Assembly (NCBI GenBank): GCA_020184695.1
Contig: JAANOX010000021.1
Location: forward strand, 62,001-126,000
Reading direction: 5' to 3'
Length of the DNA: 64,000 nucleotides
Source: Histomonas meleagridis 2922-C6/04-290x
Taxonomy: Eukaryota > Protista > Parabasalia
The stretch's first letter is position 1, and each line of letters starts with the position of its first letter. Position numbers and translations under genes: made by a program. The notes beneath the pieces were generated by a model. The model saw only the letters and a list, made by a program, of their open reading frames with translations, made no database searches and was not told the origin of the DNA. Shown here piece by piece: positions 44,560 to 57,700 of the stretch.

Positions 44560-46300
44560 ATCAGGTTATATGATCAAATACTACCATTACCTGCTAGTTA
44601 TGATAATGAAAATAATAAATATGAAATTTTAGTAGAATCAGTAGGAAATAAATATATAAAGCATAGGCTTATTGCTATACAATTCATATCAAACTCGGAT
44701 CCTATTAATAAATATGATATAAATCACATAGACATAAATTCATTAAATAATGATATATCATTACGTTGATGAGCTGCCTAATGATTGGGTGCCCTTTGAA
44801 TAATATAACGGGATTGAGTTTGAAGGATATAGTTATTCACCATCAAAAGATGAATTTTATTATGATAATGGTGCTACAATAAGAATTCAAAATTTAACTG
44901 ATCATGGTAGATATAAAATATTTCTAGCGAGAGATATAACTGGGAAAATTTATTTCGATAAGTGGAAACGTGCTGAAGGTTTAATATAAAATAATAACTT
45001 TTATATTTATGAATTATTAATTAAATATTATCAAATCCTATAATATAGATAGTAAATTCAAATAAATTGATGAAAACTTCAATAAAATAAGTAAAATGAA
45101 TGAAGAAGTATTAGATAATGCTCTAATTACACCTATGTATGAAAAATACCCTCTATCCCAGAATGGCATATGTGCTTTTATAAAAGCTCCTCTGGGATCA
45201 GGTAAATCTTATACTTATTTAAAATTATCTGCATATCAAGAAGTCTTATTTAATGAACCTCATTCTGAATTAATTGTAATATGTTTTACCAGGAATAAAT
45301 TTGATGAAACAGTAAATAATTATAAAATATTAATTAAAAAAAGTAAACTTGTAGCTATGGAAGATGTTCATTTATTAGATCATTCAAATAAATATATGGA
45401 ACTTGTTTTGAAACGTAAATAATTTCATTACAAAATATATTAACAGTAATTATAAAGAAATCGATGAAGAGTTAACAAGAATTTTAAATAAACATCACCT
45501 TAATAACGAACATAGTAAGTTTCGAGTCTCCGGTGAGACTGATAATGAAAAATTATTAAAATATATATCATTGAAATTAATTAAATATAATTGGAAAACA
45601 TATTTTCATTCATGTTTTTAATTTTAGATGATTTTGCATCTCATACTTTGTTGAGATCTAATAAAACTGATCTCTCGAGATCACTCAAAAAATTAAGAAA
45701 TTTAAATATTAATGTTATAATATGTGTTCAAACTGTAAAATTTATATATAAAGATATAAAAAGAACATTAAATGATATAATATTATTTCCAGGTATTTCT
45801 AGAGAATATTACTATGAATTAATAAAAGAGATTCCTGCTAGTTGTTTTAATGTTGTTCAGATGTGGAATGAATATAGTAAAATCAAAGATCTACACACCA
45901 GATTCAATATATGGATAAAAGTTAGAAGGATTACCTTAACTTTACCAAATAATTTTTAAGTAAAAATAGAATACCTTGTTTATATATAAGAATTATTTCA
46001 TGATCCGGAGTTTCTAAGAAACTTTTTATATTATTTTACTTATATAAATATGGAGTCATTTGAAGAGTATATTATATCTGAATATAATGATAAATGTAAA
46101 GTTGTTAATTTTAAATATTATCATTTTATATTTACGGAAATAGATAAAAGAACTATAAAACCTATCAAACAATGTATTATTTTCGTTAATGGAAAGTTTT
46201 ACGATGATAAACTTAATATATTGAATTTTTTGGATTCCAAATTTATTAATAATATGCTTGCTAGCAAAAATATCAGAAAAGAAACTTACTAATATATCAT
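44560..46300 (+). mobile_element. Maverick/Polinton remnant: HNH-endonuclease-like ORF, packaging ATPase, small accessory ORF
   Basis: KHRLIAIQFISNSDP...INHID (HNH-like, about 44660). ATPase Walker A GSGKS (about 45200) and Walker B LILDDF, followed by LRNLNINVIICVQT. Broken by stops and frameshifts. Confidence 0.7.
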
Positions 46301-47190
46301 TATCTGAAGTTAATAATAAGTTTATGAATGCTAAGAATGAAATAATCAAATGTATCAAATATAAACTAACAGTAAAATGCAATAAAATCAAATCTAGAAT
46401 AGATGATTCAAATGAGTGTTTTGATATCTTCAATTGAAGATTTTAGAAAATGATATTAAAAATAATGTTGAAAATAAAAAAGTAATTGATAATAATAAAC
46501 ACGTGAAATTTGATATGTAAATTTTGCAAAAACTATTACCCCGTAGGCTAAATAACACTGTTGATTATTTTTGTATAATTTATGTAAAAATCAATATTGC
46601 AGAAAACATGATGATTTATGTTATTTTTATAAGTATAATTGTATGGACGTGATGGTGGACGTTGGACGAGATAAAAGGTCCTAAAAAAATGAGTTTTAGC
46701 TTTAGCTTTTTTTGAATGATATTTTTACAACAATTTATTTACACAATTATATATTCAACGAATTTATTTATACAATTATATATTCAACAAATTCATTTAC
46801 ACAATTATATATTTATCATATTTATCATGTTTTAGTGCACTAATTTTTTATAATAATCTGCAAATAAAAAGTGACAGTAAATAATTGAGTAGTTTATTCG
46901 GATGGGTCCCAATTATCCTTTTTGTTTCAGAATACAATTGTCGCCCCTCCAATGAACATGTTAACGGTCACTAAACCTTATTGTTTATACCTTTCTAAAA
47001 AATCATAAATAAAAAACATTAAATAGCAAACAAAATTTTAACTCCTTTTTAATTAGTATTCTTAAATTTTTGATTTTTTTTACCAAAATCATCATCTCAT
47101 CGGTTATCTTTAACGTTGTCAGAAACCATTGTTTCGGTTTACAACCACCAAATTCACATAAACCGTCATGATGGTTTAATCATTTTGTAA

Positions 47191-47768
47191 ATGACCGACT
47201 GCAAAGTTGTTGTTTTTGGTGCTGGTGCCGTTGGTAAATCTGCTCTTACAATCCAATTTGTCCAAGGTTACTTTATTACTGATTATGATCCAACAATTGA
47301 AGATTCCTATAAACGTGTTTTACTTGTCGATAATGAAAACGTTCAACTTGATATTCTTGATACTGCTGGTCAAGATGATTTTGCACCCATGAGAACATCA
47401 TACATGAGACAAGGTAAAGGATTTATCATCGTTTATGCGATTGATGACCGTGCTTCATTCGAAGAAGCAGAGGCATTTTACCGTGACCTCTCAAGGACAA
47501 AGGGAACATCAAATGTCCCAGTTGTTCTTTGTGGTAACAAATGCGATCTTGAAGATAAACGCGTCGTTAGCAAAACCGAGGGTGAAGAACTTGCTCAAAA
47601 GCTTGGTGCAACTTTCTACGAAACGTCCGCCCTTGCTAATATTAATATCGAAAATGCTTTCACTGCACTCGTAAGAAAAATCCGTGAGCAAAGTTCTCCT
47701 GCTCAGCCGAAAACACTGTCAAAAAAGGTAAAAAAGAGAAAAAGAAAGGAAAATGCACTCTTCTCTAA
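47191..47768 (+). CDS. Ras-family small GTPase, true C-terminus probably KKGKCTLL* (CaaX)
   Basis: GAGAVGKS, YDPTIEDSY, DTAGQ, NKCD and ETSA boxes. Adding one A to the run at about 47710 gives ...PKNTVKKGKKEKKKGKCTLL* with the stop at 47766-47768. Confidence 0.88.
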
Positions 47769-48574
47769 AAAATAAGGCGTTGCGCTAATTTTCACTTTTT
47801 TGACTTTTTGAGTGAAATTTACTCGGTGCTGAACCAAGGCATTTAGGTGTCTCGTAACCATACATTGAGTTCTATTGATGGTGAGAGTACGTGTTATTAT
47901 ATGAGCTAGACTGTTGTGGGGTACTTGGGGAAATGCACTTTTTCCCATACCAAAAATTACATTAATACAAGAATCGCTGAAGTACAGTAGTATTTAAAGT
48001 TGTTGGTATAAATTTGATGAGTGTAATTTAGAAAAATGATTATAAAATTTTTATATGAAATACTCGTTTTTAAATTTTGTTGTAATTTTATGATCAAGCT
48101 CAGAGCTGGGAAAAACTCAAGCTTTGCGAAAAATATTTTTACTCGTTTTGAATAAATAAATATCATATATAATGTTAATAATATTTTCATCAATTAATTA
48201 AAATTCGATAAAGAGATTCCGCAATATAACAATTTTATTATTAGTGAAACAAAGTATACAAAAATTCAAAAACATGATTGAAATCAATTTTTCATTTTTT
48301 ATTTTGAATTTTTCATTGAATATAGTACTAGTTTTCATAGTTTTGCTTATGACCAGCATAAGTCGTGCAGTTGATAAAAATAAATCAAGTTTTGGAATAA
48401 TTTTCAACGGTGACTAATCAATTCACAAGCAAAAACAATCCAAAAACTGATGACATAATTACCTTGTAACAAAAAAAAAATGACATAATACAAGTTATCA
48501 AATTTCCGACTTGGAAAAATTGTTGTTCTAGAAAAACAAATTTGAAAATAGTGATTTCTACTATAATTTTTATT

Positions 48575-50487
48575 TCATTTGTTTGAGTTTTGAACTTTTC
48601 TATGTTCCGCAAAAAGAAATTTTGCTAATGCATCAATTGGGTCATCAGGCATCTTTTTACCTACCTCAATTAGTCCTTTTATTATGTGCTGCATAATTTC
48701 TTCTTCGATATAATTTTCCAAATCTTTCGCTTTTTCGGATAAGAAATTTGAATCGACTGTTTCAAGTCGCGAAACACAAACCTGATGAATTGCATCGCCT
48801 TGCTTCCATTTCTCTGTTTCTTCTTTAAGTTGTTCTTTGCGTTGTTGCTTTTGTTCGTTTTCTTTAACTTTCTTCAAACGTTCTCTTTCGGCAATTTCGG
48901 CATCGACTTCCTCCTGTGGCCTTCCGAAATCTCTTTTTGGACCAATAAAATCAAAAATGATGTCATTGGTTTCTCCAAGAGCATCGCAAATTAAAGATGG
49001 AATTGCACGATCATAACAAAATTCGATTATGTTATCATCACCATCATTATCTTTCCGATACCTTCTAAGTTCTTTTTGAAAGCTCTTGTAATCGTCACTA
49101 GTTTGAGCAGCAATTTCTTCAAGTTCTTTATCCCGTGCATCTAATACAATTACATGGGTTGGTATATGTTCGAAATAAGGACTTGCTTGTTCTTCTTCTC
49201 CTTCGTCGAACAATTCGCCTGCTTTTTCTATGTTATCTGCAAAACCACATATAACCCAACCATGATTTCTACAATCTCTTTCTGCCATTCTCCGATGTAC
49301 CACGTCACATATGACCTCGTTACTGATGATACCTTCATTCTCTTCAACGATTGATTTGATTTCATGTCCAAATTCGGAATCTTCTTTTTGAACATCATAA
49401 ACAATTCCTAACGTATCAATTAGGGGTGCCCCAATATGATCGGCTATCGTTTGACCAACTTTGACAAATCCTGATGCAGGAGGTCCAATTACAAGAACTT
49501 TAAGAGGCGTAAGATTATACTTTTCACGAAATTCATCAACAACTTTAGCAGCACATGATATAATTCCATCTCCACAAAATAAATCATCTGGTTCAACATC
49601 ATTCAAAAATGTTGATTCAGATGGAAGATCAACAGTTAAAATTAACTTTTTGTAGCTCAGGAATATCTTCGTTAAAATCACAAGTTTTTCCATCTGCAAG
49701 AATATTACTGAAAGCTTTTGCAATTTGTTTGAGAGTTGGACAATTTTGTTCTGAAAGTATAAAATAAGGAGAGTGTAAATTTTCTTCATCTTCGGTATCA
49801 TCTTGTGAAGTAAGTAGAATGTGTTTAACAGCTACTCCAAGGTTTCCTACGTGGATACAAGAAATGTGTGATTTAGAAGATGGGAAATAATCAGTTTTAT
49901 TCTCCCAAAAAAAAAAAAAAAAATGGGAAGAAAATATGTTCTCCATACCCATATAGTAAACCAACACCAAATATATAAACTTTAAGTCTATCAATTTCTT
50001 CATTGACTTGAAGTGCCCTTGATTCAAGAAGATATTGTTTTTTGGCAGCTTTGTGCGGAATGCGAGTGAGATAACCTTCTTCAAGAATGTAGTCTTCAGG
50101 ATTAGGTTCATCATTTTCTTCCTCATTTTCATGACTCTCTTCTTCTTCTTCATTGTTTTTCTCTTTTTTAACACGACCTCCCCAGGTTAGTAATGTTGAA
50201 AATATTACAAGCGAGATTTTATGATGTAATGGATTGGAGTTGACAATATCAAGGGCTTCTTCAACAGATTTAGTGTCTTCAACCATATCAAAAACTGAAA
50301 GCATAGTTGAGAGTATACCTTCTTTGCGAGAAGAAACAAGATGGATATTGGGATTTGGCGCCGATTTTCCATATCCAAAAACAGTGAAACCAGCTAAAGA
50401 AAGAAAATTAGAAACGGCAGAGCCGATGTAACTATCACAATTATTTACAAATATCTTGTAATCTGAGGCAGGTTTTTCTTCTTCCAT
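48575..50487 (-). CDS. AK7: Adenylate kinase 7-like protein (Rossmann-like N-terminus, AK domain, Dpy-30 motif), split by two homopolymer indels
   Basis: ORF 49897-50487 (IFVNNCDSYIG...GLLYGYGE), the distal part of ORF 49629-50174 and ORF 48575-49801 (GPPASG, HGWVICGF, Dpy-30-like LENYI...GLIEVGKKMPDDPIDALAKFL) join at an A17 run (about 49907-49923) and an A/T run near 49650. Confidence 0.75.
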
Positions 50488-50701
50488 CCAATCTAACGGA
50501 AGACGTTAAATTCTATCGACGGTTATTTATGAAAAAAAAAACGTTAAAGTTGATTTCATTTCGAATTCCTGTTTAACGTACCAATTAAAACATATCATCA
50601 TCGAAACCTCCTTAGTATTCATGGAGTGTTGCTCCTTTAGCAATAACATGAGTAAAAGTTTGAGATTTCAAGTTATTAAAGCTCTTATTGAATAAAAATA
50701 T

Positions 50702-53700
50702 CTATGTGGTCTTAACAATTCCTTCTTTGCTAAGGAGTAATTCAACTATTTTTGTGTAACCTTTGTATTTCGCATAATCAAGTGCTGTTTTAAAAATTAT
50801 CATGAAATTCCAAAAAATATAATCAAATATTAAATTATTAAAGCATTCATTAAAAATTTAATATAAATATCTTTGGCATTAATATCTATTCCTTTTTGCT
50901 CAAGAAGCAATTCAACTGTTTCTATACAATTATGTTGTGTTGCTCCAATAAGCGCTGTTGCAAATAATCTAAATAAATTCCTAATTTTATTTTGAAATAT
51001 TAAATTATTAAAATAAATATTAAATAAAACACATAAATATCTTTTTGGCATTAATATCAATTCCTTCTTGTTCAAGAAGTAATTTAACTGTTTCTAGATA
51101 ACCATTATAAGATGCTTTCATAAGTGCTGTTTCATATAATTTAAATCAATTCCAAATATTATTTTGAAATATAAAATTATTAAAATAAATTTCAAATATA
51201 AAAAATAGACATCTTTAACATTAATATCAATTCCTTTTTGGTCAAGAAGTAATTGAACTATTTCTGTATGACCATTTCTAGATGCATACATAAGTGCTGT
51301 CTTAAATAACTTAAATAATTTCTAAATATTATTTTGAAATATTAAATTATTAAAATAAATATTAAATAAAACACATAAATATCTTTGGCATTAATATCAA
51401 TTCCTTCTTGTTCAAGAAGTAATTTAACTGTTTCTAGATAACCATTATAAGATGCTTTCATAAGTGCTGTTTCATATAATTTAAATCAATTCCAAATATT
51501 ATTTTGAAATATAAAAATTATTAAAATAAATTTCAAATATAAAAAATAGACATCTTTAACATTAATGTTAATGTCTTTTTGTTTGAGAAGTAGTTTAACT
51601 ATTTCTGAATGACCATTATAAGATGATAACATTAGTGCTGGATTTAATAATATCTAAAAAAAACATCTGATACATAAATTTCGTTTTTAGATTTATTTAG
51701 TAAAAATTTGATCATCTCTATAAAACCTTTTTCAGCAGCAAAAATAAAATCACTAAATAAATTAAAGAATTTTTAAATTATTCAAATTTACACTGAATAA
51801 AATAAAAATACATTTTTAGTATTCATGTCAACTCCTTCATATTTTAGAAATAATTTTAGAATTTCAGTATATTCATAATGAAGTGCGACCATAAATGCTG
51901 TTTGAAATAATAAAAATAATTTTTAAATTTTATTTCAAAACATCAAATTATGCAAATAAATATTAAATATAATAAAAAAATATCTTTGGCATTCATATCA
52001 ATTCCTTCTTGTTCAAGAAGTAATTTAACTATTTCAACATAACAATATTGAGATGCACAAATAAGTGGTGTTTTATAAAACATTATGAAATTCCAAAAAA
52101 ATTCTAAAAACATTAAATCTTTAAAACAAATAACAAATAAAATTTTTAAATATCTTTAAGATTGATATCATTTCCTTCTTGTTTAAGAAGTAATTTAACT
52201 ATTTCAATATGTCCATATAAACATGCAATAAAGAAAGCTGTTCGAAATAATTTAAATAATTTCCAAATATTATTTTGAAATCCAAAATTTTTAAAATAAA
52301 ATTTAAATAAAACAATTAAATATTTTTAGCATTAGGATCAATCCCTTCTTGTTCAAGAAGTAATTTAACTATTTCTGTATGACCATTTTTTGAAGCTAAA
52401 ATAAGTGTTGTATTAAATAATTTAAATAATTTTCAAATATTATTTTGGAAGATTAAGTTACTTAAATAATTCTTAAAAATTATAAATTAATATCTTTAGT
52501 AGTAATATCAATTCCTTCTTGTTCGAGAAGTAATTTAACTATTTCTGTATAACCTTTTTGGGAAGCTATCAAAAGTGCTGTTTCAAATAGAATTTAGAAA
52601 TATTAAAATCCTTAAATAAATTATCAATAAAATTTAAAAACAAATTTTGTATTTTTAATACTTTTCGATTCTAGAAGATATTTAACGATTTCAGCATTTC
52701 CTTTGTTAATTGCTAATTTAAATTCTTCACTAAATTATTCAATTTAATTCTAAATTTTATGCTGAAATATCAGATTATTAAAATAAATTTCTTTTTTATT
52801 CTTTTCAGTTTCTTCTTTCTCAACTAGAATTTTAAAAATTTCAGGATATCCATAATAAATTGATCTCATAATTACTCGACGAAATAAATTGAATGATTCC
52901 CAAATATTATTTCGGAACATTAAACCATAAAAATAATTTTTAGTGATATCAATACCTTTTTTTTCAATAAGGCTTTTTATTATTTCTCTGTAACCTTTTT
53001 CAGATGCATGCATAAGTGCTGTCCAAAATATTTTAAACAATTTCCAAATATTATAATGAAATATTATTTGAATATAATAAATTTGACGCAAAACAAATAA
53101 AGATCTTGAGCATTAAAATCAATATTTTCAAGAAGTAATTTAACTATTTCATTATGGCCATTTTTTATTGCAAATATAAGTGGTGTTTGAAATAATATAA
53201 ATAATTTCCAAATATTAGAATGAAATATTATTTTAATATAATAAATTCGACGCAAAACAAATAAAGATCTTTAGCATTAAAATCAATATTTTTTTGTTCA
53301 AGAAGTAATTTAACTATTTCATTATGGCTATTTTTTATTGCAAAAAAAAGTGCTGAATAAAATATTATAAAAATATTTCACGAAATTTTCCTTAAAAATA
53401 GCAAAACGGAAAGAAAAATAACAAGCAAAACAAATAAAGATCGCGAGCATTAAAATCAATATTTTTTTGTTCAAGAAGTAATTTCACTATATCTGTGTAA
53501 CCTTTCTGAGATGCATACATAAGTGCTGTTTTAAATATTTTAAATGTTTTCCAAATATTAAATTAAAATAAAAAATTATTAAAATAAATTTGAAATAAAA
53601 CAAATAAATCATTCTTTCATTAATATTAACACTATTTTGTTTTAAAGCGTATTGTATGAGTTCAATATACGCTCCTGATTTCAATAATTTAAATAAAGCA

Positions 53701-54490
53701 GCATAAGGAAGATTATTTTTACAAATATGTTTCATAAGATATATATTATTTGCATTTAGAAAATATTGCAGATTTTTTTCTGTAATACCAAATTTTTCTA
53801 CCAAAAATGTTAAAATTTCATAACTTTGATAGAAAATACAAACCTCTTCTAAGTTTTCTCCGTTAGTGATTTCTAATTCGTTTTCATAAATATAATGAAA
53901 AACATCACTTCGATGAAATTGAATTGCTGTTTCATATGCACCTTTAAATGAAGAATGATTTTGTTCACATATATGAATGATTTCTTCATTCCCACCTGCA
54001 ACTGCATATTTACCTGTATTTTTGACTTTTGCACCATTCATAAGTAAATATTTAAAACATTTAATTGCAGAAAAAAATGCTGCAAAATCAATTAATGAAA
54101 CATTTTCTTTGTTAACAAATGAGCATCTTTCATAAAGTGATGGTTCAATTGTTTGATTAAAATCGAAATTTGTTTGGGATGATATTTTCTTGAAGTTTTT
54201 CTATTTCATCATTTCGAATTATTTTTGCTATTTCATTTGGATTAACACCTTCTTTAACATATTTCTTATGAAGTTCCCAATCATTCTTTGAAAGTATATT
54301 GTAATTTTGAACAAAAGATAATTCAATTCTATATTTACAATATGTATCCATAATTCTATTTATTGATGTTTTGTAATGTGAAAAGTATTTTGATTTTATG
54401 TTAAGTGCAATTCTTGAATCGATGACATTTCTCTCAATCAATCTCTCGATAATCTTTGTTGAGATTATTTTCTAGTTTTTTATCACACAT
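50702..54490 (-). CDS. Second DUF3447-type ankyrin-repeat gene, interrupted by 18 non-canonical spacers
   Basis: The N-terminus is paralogous to the gene at 1084 (KNDWELHKKYVKEGVNPNEIAKIIRNDEIEKLQE, KYAVAGGNEEIIHICEQ). Eighteen ankyrin segments follow, ending TALDYAKYKGYTKIVELLLSKEGIVKTT* with the stop at 50702-50704. There are homopolymer indels near 54180, 54450 and 51043. Confidence 0.65.
50789..53609 (-). repeat. 170-nt-period ankyrin segment/spacer array, locus 2
   Basis: 80-nt spacers: 53530-53609, 53187-53266, 53023-53102, 52412-52491, 52242-52321, 52072-52151, 51902-51981, 51301-51380, 51131-51210, 50959-51038, 50789-50868. The other seven are 83, 81, 69, 60, 57, 57 and 38 nt. Confidence 0.9.
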
Positions 54491-54635
54491 TTATATGACC
54501 TTTGAAGTAAAAATTAAAACGGTCACCACCGATAGACAGGCAATTTTATAAGATACTTTATTTAATGTTTTCCATTAAACATGTTTTCCCATACCATACA
54601 ATATATATTATATCGATTGATAAATAAATTTTCGA

Positions 54636-54709
54636 AAATTGTTGGTCTAGTGGAATGATTCTCGCTTTGGGTGCGAGAGGGTCTCGGAGTTCGATTCCCG
54701 AATCGCCCC
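54636..54709 (+). tRNA. tRNA-Pro(TGG), probably a pseudogene (5' acceptor strand does not pair)
   Basis: A-box TGGTCTAGTGG, anticodon arm CTCGC-TTTGGGT-GCGAG, B-box GTTCGATTCC, 3' ATCGCCC and a T-run terminator. The 5' heptamer is AAATTGT instead of the expected GGGCGAT. Confidence 0.75.
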
Positions 54710-57700
54710 GAATTTTTTTAATTAACAACTTAACTTGAATTTTTTTTGCTTTTCTTCTTACGCAACATTCATTTCCGCTGATAAAAGTGATGACACAAAG
54801 TCCAAAATTGATTTTTGTTGGTAAATAAGGAAAATTAAAAAATAGCTTTCAATTGAATATTCATTAAATTCAAAAATTTTTTTTATAATTATTAGTAATA
54901 TTTGAAATCAGTTTCTATACTTGCCTAGTCCGTACATTTGTTGAAGATCTTTAACCACATCGCCAATCTTCATATCTTTTTTTACCTTTGTTAGACAGTA
55001 TATAGCATCCAGCCAGTTTCCGCGTTTCATTTCTACTAAATGTGAATGGGCTTGAGTACATTCTGCCTTTGAACGATACTATCATCAATGCTAATGGTAT
55101 GGAAATAAGATCAACAGCATTTTCCACTTTTGCGTCGTGGGGGTTTTCCGTTTGAAGGGAGACCGTTACACGTCATTGAACCTGCAGACCACGCAACTCA
55201 GAGTGCATATCACCGAAATCACCATTAACAGGATAGTAATATGCAGTGATTTTGATCAGTTGGAAATTGAAGGATTAGTGCCCATAACTTTGCCGTATTA
55301 TAACGCTGATGGTCTTCACTGACAGATTTTGGCGACTTCGTTAACGCACCGAAGCTGATTCATGAATGTAGCGGTTCAGTCCAGGTGGAACATCACCGCC
55401 CATGAGATAATTCAGAATATTTCGTACTTCATCGCGATGAATGAATAGCCATGTAAAATACCAGTTATCGTTGCAAATTGAGTAAAGCCGATAAAGGACA
55501 GTATAATGTAAGCCGAAGGCAGATTTACTTCTTCAAGAGAAGGAAAATATTTCACTGAATATTGTAAGAGCCTAAAAGCGAGCAGAAATATAATTTGTCC
55601 ATCAAATAAAAGTTCTACATCCAACTGTTTCACTTCACATTCATTAACTTGTTATTTTGTTTTAATGTAAGCGGTAACAACCACCACCAAGGATTAATTT
55701 TTCATAGTCGCCAGTGCTTTGCCTAACACGTTAACATTTCAGCTTGAACATTTAAACAACAGAAAATTCTGACTTTTTGACCAGTTCAGACAACAGCTTG
55801 ATTGATGCCAACACAGAAACAATGAGATTCAACATTCCTTAAAGATAACCACAAATATTATAAACCATCTTGTTAACTCACTTATTTTTGCTTACATTTT
55901 AGGCTCAAAGATACCAGATTTGAGTATTACCTTTTTTCCAAAGGTTTGTTGGTACAACTTTTTCAGCACCATCCACGGCAACGGTTGTCGCTTGTTAATT
56001 GTACTCCAATATTCTATTATACTCCGACTATCTGTTTAATTTTCGTTACTTGCAAGCTGATATTTCTTCTTTTCATCCAAAATTAGATTGAGTTTTTTTG
56101 ATAGATATTTTATAATTAAGAATTTTTTAACTATTATCATTTGCTACCTTAAAAACAAAATGTTTTGTAAAAGCATTATCATAACAAGATTTGTGTTTAT
56201 AATAAAATATTTCAATAGTTTATCGAATACCTTAATTTAATTTGATAACAGGTCGAAACAATGTTAAACCAATTTGTGACGATAGCATATAAAAAGTTAC
56301 TGAATTTGAGTTGTCCACTAGTGTTCAAGTTAAATTTGACTTGTAAATTCTTCAGATTAGCTTCAGTGTTTCATGAATTGATGCAGTAAACTATAAAGTT
56401 TAACGCAAATAAAGGATAGATTTCTCTGTATGGCAAAGATACCGATTTTACTATTGTGAATAAAGATATTTCGCTTGAAAGCATTTACTGTGTAATCGAA
56501 AGAAGTTTTTTAGTATGTCATCCAACGAAAACAAGAAAGAAGGAAATTTTACATACGAAGAAGATCAGAAATCTCTGTTCAACTGTCCAGCAGAAACGCC
56601 GCATTAAACCCATTGTTCATCATGAAAACAAGAACAGCGAGACAATGCAGAAAGATGAAATTTTATCACCCTCAACAGGTAACAACTTGGACACTATTAA
56701 GACAGAATCTTATTTCAAAAGATAATGAATATGGATCTAGGCTTATCATTGTAAGTTCTTAAAGGACAACTTTAGACCTGTGGTGAATGGAATGTTGTCA
56801 GAAAGTAAGGTTGGCCATGAGAACTCAGAAGAAGATCGTTATTGCAAGACAATCAATTAGCAAGACAACTTAAAGACATGGAAACAAACAATATTACTGA
56901 AGATCCAAAACTCCAATATTTGATCAACCATTTTCAGCCGATCCCAGCATTTTGACATTGCCACCACATACTAGTCTGCTTGAAATGAAATACATGAATT
57001 ACTTCACATAAAAACAGCTTTATTCGGCGAATAGCTGCTGTACTACTTGCAATCGAAATTTTCTATCAGCAGCATAAGGGAAAACATGAGTGTTGGCACA
57101 GCAATCATGTTCCATTAAAACAAACTACTAATGGTCAGATCTGATACAAGAAAAGTTCCCCGATCAGCAACGTACTTCGATTTCCAATCGTTTTTTTGCT
57201 GGCAGTTATAACATCAACGTTTTTGCCTTTCTTTTGAAAGAAGTATCAAATTCTGAGAGTTCTCCAACTGGTTCTATTGAAGTATAAATAAAATCAAATA
57301 TTTCTATGCTCCACACTAATTGTGTGATAGAAGAAAATCAAATCATTTTTGTTAAACAAATTGAATGATGATTTCAATGGCGTCGTTTTCATGGAATTGA
57401 CCAGTGTTGTCTGCGGTCATAAAAAATGATTATTAGGTCTCGAACTTTTGAATATGCATTACAAAATTCTGTATGGATTCACATTTTCTTAAAGAAACTT
57501 TATTGGTTAAAATTAATAACATTATATTTGCAAAACAAAATGAACATGTGTTAATATTTAATGGCAAAATAAGGTGTGATAAAACTACAGCACACATGTC
57601 AAAAGAACAACATGATTTTTTATATATTTTGAAAAAATAGTCTGAGGGCCAAATAGATTCAATGGCCTCAATAGAGGCACCATTGGATTCATATTTTGGA

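Noticed and set aside
47700-47775. Ras lacking a CaaX box (ORF ends ...NALFSKK)
   Set aside because: One extra A in the run at about 47710 restores KKGKKEKKKGKCTLL*. This is a homopolymer consensus error, not biology.
49620-49925. Programmed frameshifting in the AK7-like gene
   Set aside because: Both breaks lie in homopolymers (A17 and A5/T5), matching the error pattern seen elsewhere in the window.
54150-54190. Frameshift splitting the DUF3447 N-terminus of ankyrin gene 2
   Set aside because: There is one extra A relative to the paralog (CAAGAAAATATC versus CAAGAAATATC), so it is a likely sequencing indel. The same applies to the +2 A at about 51043.
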